Positions 59,401-64,000 of a stretch of 64,000 bases of DNA are shown here, one piece after another. This DNA comes from Anaerolineae bacterium (GTDB taxonomy: Bacteria; Chloroflexota; Anaerolineae; Epilineales; JAHCIE01): assembly GCA_026129165.1 (NCBI GenBank), contig JAHCIP010000001.1, positions 13,766 through 77,765 on the forward strand, in the 5' to 3' direction. The stretch's first letter is position 1. Every line of letters begins with the position of its first letter. The notes under the pieces were generated by a model. It did not search any database. It saw only the letters and a program-made list of their open reading frames with translations, and was not told where the DNA came from. Both the position numbers and the translations under genes were made by a program.

Positions 59401-61572
59401 TTAGTCGCCGGCGGGCGAAGCGGCTGCGCCAGCCGGGACACGGCGGGGGGGCAGCGGGAACGACTCGGGGGCCGGCTCCCAGTCGTGGGGATAGGCCAGC
59501 GCGCCCATCTCCGGCATGTCTAGCCCGCCCAACTCGGTTTCCGGCGAGACCCGCAGGCCCACCACGCGATCCACCACCTTGAAGAAGACATACGAGATGC
59601 CAAAGGCCCAGACAAAGGCGACCACCGCGCCGATGACCTGCGCCACCAACTGGCTGGCGTCGCCGTAGAACAGACCCCGCGCGGTCAGCCCGCCGTAGTT
59701 CATCGTGCCGTCGGCGAACAGGCCGAGCGCGATCTGTCCCCACAATCCGTTGCAGCCGTGAACCGCGATGGCCCCCACCGGGTCGTCCACCTTGAGCTTC
59801 TGGTCAATAAAGGCGGCGGCAACGCATACCAGGATGCCGGCCACAGCGCCAATGATGAAGCCATTCATCGGGCTGACGAAGCCGCTCGGCGCGGTGATCG
59901 CCACCAGACCGGCCAGGAAGCCGTTGGCCGTCATGCCGGGGTCGGGCTTCTTGGTCGTGATCCACATGTAGAGCATGGCGACCAGACCGCCGGAGGACGA
60001 TGCCAGCATCGTCACGACGGCTACCATACCCAGTCGCAGGTTGCCGTTGCCCGACGCGCCCAGTGTCGAGCCGGGGTTGAAGCCGAACCAGCCAAAGCCC
60101 AGGATGAGCACACCCAGCAGGGCAATGACCATGTTATGACCGGGGATGGTATTGCTCGTGCCGTCCTTGTTGTACTTGCCAAGGCGCGGCCCGATCACTA
60201 TCGCGCCTGCCAGCGCGGTCCAGCCGCCCACGGCATGGACGACACCGCTGCCCGCGAAGTCCAGGTAGCCCTGGCCCAGGCCAAGCTTGCCCAACTGGCT
60301 CAACCAGCCGCCGCCCCAGACCCACATGCCATAGACAGGGTAGATGATCATCGAGACGAACAGGCCGTAGATGCAGAAGGCGCTCCACTTCCAGCGCTCG
60401 GCCATCGAGCCAGTGGGGATGGTCGCTACCGTGTCCATGAACACCATCTGGAACAGGAACATGACCGCGACGCCCACATCATAGGTGCCGTTGAGGAAAA
60501 AGCCCTTCAGCCCGAGCAGACCCCAGTCTATGCCGCCGATGTGGACCGTCAACATGCGGTCCAGGACGGCCAGGCCGCCCAGGTTGCCCACGCCGACCGT
60601 GCCGATGCCGCCGAACTGGAACGCGAAGCCGCAGACAAAGTAGCCCGCCATGCCCAGGAAGTAGACCACGAAGTTCATGGTCATGGTATGGGCGGCGTTG
60701 CGGGCGCGGGTGAAGCCCGTCTCAACCAGGGCAAAGCCGGCCTGCATGAACATGACCAGGAAACCAGCCACTAGCGTCCAGGTGAAGTTGATGCCCAGGC
60801 GATTCTGGTTGACCAGGTCGGCCAGCTTGAGGGCGAAAGGTTCGGCCTTCTCGGCCGCCTGGAAATCAGCCTCGTTGAGTGTCCCAGGCGCGACCCCGAT
60901 CAGGTTCGCCCCGCTGCCAGTGGTGATGCCGGCCGGGTCTTCCACCGGCGTCGGGCCGTCGGCCAGCGCGGCCAGCGGAACCAGGAGGGCCAGCAGAATG
61001 CCGACTACCGCGAGGAGTCGAAGACTCTCCAGCCGGCCCAGCCGGCTCAGGGTCGGTGTGACGGACTGCATTCGGTGGGGCAGAACGCCAATCACGGCTG
61101 CTTGCTGCTCACGCGAGAGCCACAGGTCGAGGCGCGAGAACCCTTGCAACCGTAACCGCTGCCCGGCGACAGAGTAGCCATCGAACTCACTCCACGACCG
61201 GGTCACAATGCCGTTGACATCCAGCCCCTGCGACGTAAACCGGTAGCGCACGGGCAGGGCGACCAGGACCAGCGCGCCCATGACAACGAACGCCTGGACG
61301 GGCAGCGGCGCCCAGCCCGCGACCGAGCCGATGAGCAGGGCCAGGCCCAGCGCGTACAGATTGGTCCGCTGACGCAGGATGCGCTGGCGGACGCCGACGT
61401 TCAGTTCCAACACGATCCGGCCCGGGGCCGGCTTGCGCAGCGGCCCCATGGTCTGGGCCAGCGCGATGACGAACATGAGACCAAACAGAAGAACAGCCAA
61501 CATACTCAGGTCCTCCTTAATAGGGTGTAAAACCAGCACCTTCCAGAGGACATCATGGTCAAACCTCGACAC
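59401..61572 (-). CDS. amt: Ammonium transporter (Amt/MEP/Rh family) with a long ORF-contiguous N-terminal membrane extension
   Basis: Amt core from about aa 168 (internal ATG at 61071: MQSVTPT... signal-like LRLLAVVGILLALLVPLAALA, then DFQAAEKAEPFALKLADLVNQNRLGINFTWTLVAGFLVMFMQAGFALVETGF...). The preceding 167 aa (3-4 TM) is in frame with no stop. Confidence 0.8.
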   Translation of the reverse strand: MSRFDHDVLWKVLVLHPIKEDLSMLAVLLFGLMFVIALAQTMGPLRKPAPGRIVLELNVGVRQRILRQRTNLYALGLALLIGSVAGWAPLPVQAFVVMGALVLVALPVRYRFTSQGLDVNGIVTRSWSEFDGYSVAGQRLRLQGFSRLDLWLSREQQAAVIGVLPHRMQSVTPTLSRLGRLESLRLLAVVGILLALLVPLAALADGPTPVEDPAGITTGSGANLIGVAPGTLNEADFQAAEKAEPFALKLADLVNQNRLGINFTWTLVAGFLVMFMQAGFALVETGFTRARNAAHTMTMNFVVYFLGMAGYFVCGFAFQFGGIGTVGVGNLGGLAVLDRMLTVHIGGIDWGLLGLKGFFLNGTYDVGVAVMFLFQMVFMDTVATIPTGSMAERWKWSAFCIYGLFVSMIIYPVYGMWVWGGGWLSQLGKLGLGQGYLDFAGSGVVHAVGGWTALAGAIVIGPRLGKYNKDGTSNTIPGHNMVIALLGVLILGFGWFGFNPGSTLGASGNGNLRLGMVAVVTMLASSSGGLVAMLYMWITTKKPDPGMTANGFLAGLVAITAPSGFVSPMNGFIIGAVAGILVCVAAAFIDQKLKVDDPVGAIAVHGCNGLWGQIALGLFADGTMNYGGLTARGLFYGDASQLVAQVIGAVVAFVWAFGISYVFFKVVDRVVGLRVSPETELGGLDMPEMGALAYPHDWEPAPESFPLPPRRVPAGAAASPAGD

Positions 61573-61581
61573 TGAGGATCA

Positions 61582-62205
61582 CTACCGCGTCAACCAACCG
61601 GGCAGCGTCAGACGGGGCAGGGCGACACGCCGCGTAATGCTTTGTTTAGCCCGCTCGCGGGCCTCGACCAGCAGACGCCGCGCATAGTCGCGCGCGCCGT
61701 CGTCCGCGCTGGGCAAGCGCACCGCCGTTTGCAGTTCCACGACCGCCTCGGCGTAGAAACCCAGTCGCAGGAAGAACTCGCCGCGCTTGAGGCGCACGAT
61801 AAAGTCATGAGGCGCGAGGGCCAGCGCCTCGTCCAGCAGCGCCCGCGCCTCGGCCACACGGAACTGTCCGAGCCGCGCCGCACCGAGGTAGGCATGCACG
61901 ACCCCGTCGGTCGGGAGGAGCGCCTGCGCGCGTTCCAGGTAGCCAGCCGCCCCGGCCCACTCCTTCTGGCGCAGGAGGGCGACGCCCAGACCCAAGTAGA
62001 CATCCGGGTGGTCAGGCGTCTCGCGCAGAGCGCGTTCGAGGCTCCGACGCGCCTCTTCCGTATCACCGTGAGCCAGCCGTTCATAGCCCTCGGTCAGCGC
62101 ATCTACCGTCGCCGCCGGCGGGGCGAGGCGCGAGCCACAGGCCGCGCAAAACCGCGCCGAGACCGCATACGAAGTTCCACAGTGCGTACAATACTGCATC
62201 GCCAT
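61582..62205 (-). CDS. TPR-repeat protein with N-terminal zinc-ribbon
   Basis: 207 aa. MAMQYCTHCGTSYAVSARFCAACG zinc ribbon. About 4 TPR-like units (AEARALLDEALALAP...). Confidence 0.6.
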   Translation of the reverse strand: MAMQYCTHCGTSYAVSARFCAACGSRLAPPAATVDALTEGYERLAHGDTEEARRSLERALRETPDHPDVYLGLGVALLRQKEWAGAAGYLERAQALLPTDGVVHAYLGAARLGQFRVAEARALLDEALALAPHDFIVRLKRGEFFLRLGFYAEAVVELQTAVRLPSADDGARDYARRLLVEARERAKQSITRRVALPRLTLPGWLTR

Positions 62206-62344
62206 AAAACCTCTTCATACAACCAACCGTAGGGGCAGGCCCCTGTGCCTGCCCTGGGGGAACGCTGAAGCGGGCAACCACCGCCCAGGTAGGGCAACCA
62301 CGGGGGGTTGCCCCTACACGTCTCCGTGCCTGCCCTGGGAGGCG

Positions 62345-63562
62345 TTAGTCTGCTTGGGCCAGGCCGTCCAGACCCGCTGGCGGCGCGGGCAGCGTCGCTT
62401 CGGCCAGGCCACCCGCCGGGCGCTCGGCCAGGGTAAACTTCAGGAGGAGCGGCGTGACCAGCGTCGTCACCAGCGCCATCAGCACCGTGGCGGCGAACAC
62501 ACTGTTATCAATCCGACCGGAACCGAGACCAATACTTGCCATGACCAGGGCGACTTCGCCGCGTCCCACCATGCCGCAGCCAATCATGACGGCTTCGGAC
62601 ATGGGCCGGCCACTCGCCCTGGCCCCCAGACCGCAGCCGATAATCTTGGTGACAATCGCCAGCCCGACCAGCAGCAGCGTGAACATGGGCAGGTCGCCCA
62701 GGCCGGTCGGCTGCATCTCCAGACCGATGCCGACAAAGAAAATGGGAACCAGGAAGCCGTAGCCGATATGCGAGGCGCCCTTGACGACCCAGTGGCGCAC
62801 TTCGTCCACCTGGCCGACCAGCACGCCAATGAGGTACGCGCCCGTGATGGCCGCCATCCCGCCCAACGCTTCGGCTGACCAGGCATAGACGAGCACCAGA
62901 CCGAGGATGAGGGCCAGGCCGACTTCGGGGCTGTGGTGGCGGTGGATCCAACGACCAATGACCGGCACCGCGAAGCGGCCCACCACCAGGGCCAGGCCGA
63001 GGTAGAGCGCCATGTGCAGGACAGATGTGAGGGGCGCGGTCCCGCCGCTAAAGCCCAGGACGATGGACAGGACAAGGATGCCCAGCACGTCGTCTATGAC
63101 CGCCGCCCCCAGAATCGTCATCCCCACGCGGCTCTTGAGGTGGCCCAATTCTGACAGCACCTGAACCGAAATGCTCACCGAGGTCGCTGTCAACAAGGCG
63201 CCCACAAACAGGGCATTGGCCGTCGTGAAGCCGAAGGCGACCGCCAGGCCGTAGCCCGCCATGAAGGGCAGCGCTACTCCCCCGACAGCGGTTAGGAAGG
63301 CCCCTTTCCCTACGTCCCGCATCTGGACCATGTCCGTCTCGACGCCGGCGATGAACATCAGCAGGATGACCCCCAGCTCGGACAACACGCGGAGCGGCTC
63401 ATCCAGGTGGATCCAGTTCAGCAGCGACGGGCCAAGCACGACACCGACCATCAGCTCGCCAAATACAGCGGGCAAGCCGATACGTGTACTGACCAGGCCG
63501 ACAAGGCGCGCGCCGATCAGAATGGTGATGAGGGGAACTAACAATTGGATGGCGGGTGACAT
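62345..63562 (-). CDS. Cation:proton antiporter (CPA2 / Kef-NapA-type Na+/H+ exchanger domain)
   Basis: 405 aa, about 12 TM. GVILLMFIAGVETD, AVIDDVLGILVLSIVL motifs typical of Na_H_Exchanger family. Confidence 0.8.
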   Translation of the reverse strand: MSPAIQLLVPLITILIGARLVGLVSTRIGLPAVFGELMVGVVLGPSLLNWIHLDEPLRVLSELGVILLMFIAGVETDMVQMRDVGKGAFLTAVGGVALPFMAGYGLAVAFGFTTANALFVGALLTATSVSISVQVLSELGHLKSRVGMTILGAAVIDDVLGILVLSIVLGFSGGTAPLTSVLHMALYLGLALVVGRFAVPVIGRWIHRHHSPEVGLALILGLVLVYAWSAEALGGMAAITGAYLIGVLVGQVDEVRHWVVKGASHIGYGFLVPIFFVGIGLEMQPTGLGDLPMFTLLLVGLAIVTKIIGCGLGARASGRPMSEAVMIGCGMVGRGEVALVMASIGLGSGRIDNSVFAATVLMALVTTLVTPLLLKFTLAERPAGGLAEATLPAPPAGLDGLAQAD

Positions 63563-63585
63563 TCCAAACCTCCTGACGACGGACC

Positions 63586-63617
63586 ACTGACTACTGACTA
63601 CTGACTACTGACTACTG
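63586..63617 (-). repeat. Heptanucleotide tandem repeat (CTGACTA)x4.5 on plus strand = TAGTCAG in sense of the downstream minus-strand antiporter gene, in its 5' leader
   Basis: actgactactgactactgactactgactactga, 24-55 bp upstream of the antiporter start (63562). Confidence 0.8.
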
Positions 63618-63708
63618 AAATAGCGGAAGCCCCTGGCAGCAGACTACGCATGGACCAGGGGCTTCGCGGGCCGCATATTCAGTTGATGGAACTAACCAAC
63701 GCTCGGCG

Positions 63709-64000
63709 TTAGGATACCTTTACGCCATTGCCGCCGTTCACCCCGTTGCGGACCGGTATCTTCTGCCGCCGGGTGTCAATGTCGTCCTCGTAGGTCAGCG
63801 CGTCGCGGCCCCGCTCGCCCGTGCGGATACGAATCACCTCTTCGACCGGGTAGACGAAGATGAGGCCGTCGCCGATGCCGCCGGTGCGCGCCGCATCGCT
63901 GATCGCCTCGATGGTCGGCTCGACATTGTGGTCGCTGAGGACGATGTTAAGCTGGATGCGGGGTAACAGGTCCACATAGTACGTGCCCTGGCGGCCCACG
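63709..64000 (-). CDS. P-II nitrogen regulatory protein (GlnB/GlnK family), 5'-truncated by window edge, with unusual C-terminal extension
   Basis: GRQGTYYVDLLPRIQLNIVLSD...TGGIGDGLIFVYPVEEVIRIRTGERG matches P-II T-loop/B-loop regions. N-terminal ~30 aa lie beyond 64000. C-terminal ~30 aa extra (TYEDDIDTRRQKIPVRNGVNGGNGVKVS). Confidence 0.7.
   Translation of the reverse strand, partial: VGRQGTYYVDLLPRIQLNIVLSDHNVEPTIEAISDAARTGGIGDGLIFVYPVEEVIRIRTGERGRDALTYEDDIDTRRQKIPVRNGVNGGNGVKVS

Noticed and set aside
1-64000. tRNA, rRNA, tmRNA, integrase, transposase, phage structural genes
   Set aside because: No cloverleaf-compatible sequence or acceptor-stem/CCA pattern spotted in intergenic regions, and no ORF with integrase/transposase/capsid-like motifs; the AT-rich island at 4640-5620 has no recombinase.

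Overview
High-GC (about 65-68%) bacterial chromosomal segment, gene-dense, with roughly 55 protein-coding genes and no rRNA, tRNA, CRISPR array, integrase or transposase that I could detect. Heptanucleotide leader repeats and abundant GC-rich palindromic elements are reminiscent of filamentous Chloroflexi-type genomes; that organism guess is inference only. Main blocks, in window order: (1) 38-4634, a tripartite ABC exporter made of a HlyD/DevB-like adaptor with an internally duplicated coiled coil, a fused double-FtsX permease and an ATPase. (2) 4640-5620, a sharply AT-rich island carrying one gene for a single-pass membrane protein with an N-terminal helical domain resembling the 'effector-associated domain' (EAD1-like) of NTPase-based conflict systems and an extracellular six-Cys C-terminal domain. 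(3) 5651-13317, a long minus-strand operon: acyltransferase-3 membrane protein, two paralogous esterases, a P2-type cation ATPase, and two TrkA/RCK proteins. (4) 13711-19484, two tandem double-Usp proteins, a PLP aminotransferase and a COG1067 Lon-related protease. (5) 19718-30480 on the plus strand: NapH-like ferredoxin, a small anchored protein, a Gly/Gln-rich periplasmic protein, an OmpR/HK two-component pair, aldo/keto reductase, OsmC, SDR, P450, LeuCD-type dehydratase, VOC and SnoaL. (6) 30549-32613, an orphan TaqI/Eco57I-like N6-adenine methyltransferase co-transcribed with a DUF45/YgjP zinc hydrolase. (7) 32728-40189, ferredoxin plus FAD monooxygenase, a dynamin-like GTPase with CAP-domain and JAMM proteins, an MFS transporter and a dipeptidase. 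(8) 40190-40440, a tandem composite repeat with G-quadruplex motifs. (9) 41066-44065, a 999-aa HTH-NB-ARC-TPR STAND regulator with two in-frame palindromic-repeat insertions. (10) 44068-49063, small unknown proteins, then a glcD-like and glcE-like FAD oxidase pair split by an inserted phosphoribosyltransferase plus fused nucleotidyltransferase-HEPN gene pair. (11) 49073-64000, alpha-glucan phosphorylase, aldo/keto reductase, an alkaline-phosphatase-superfamily protein, small hypothetical proteins, an amidase, a DUF2723 membrane protein, an Amt ammonium transporter, a TPR protein, a CPA2 antiporter and a partial P-II gene. Two families of short palindromic repeats (CCTCCCGAAGGTT hairpin; GGACGAAGGACGGA-type hairpins) and heptamer tandem repeats in 5' leaders are scattered across the window. 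The strongest candidates for something undescribed are the EAD1-like membrane protein island, the PRTase plus MNT-HEPN insertion inside the glcD/glcE operon, the repeat elements inserted in frame into the STAND gene, and the methyltransferase-DUF45 pair. All functional calls rest on motif recognition by eye in the supplied translations; no database search was possible.
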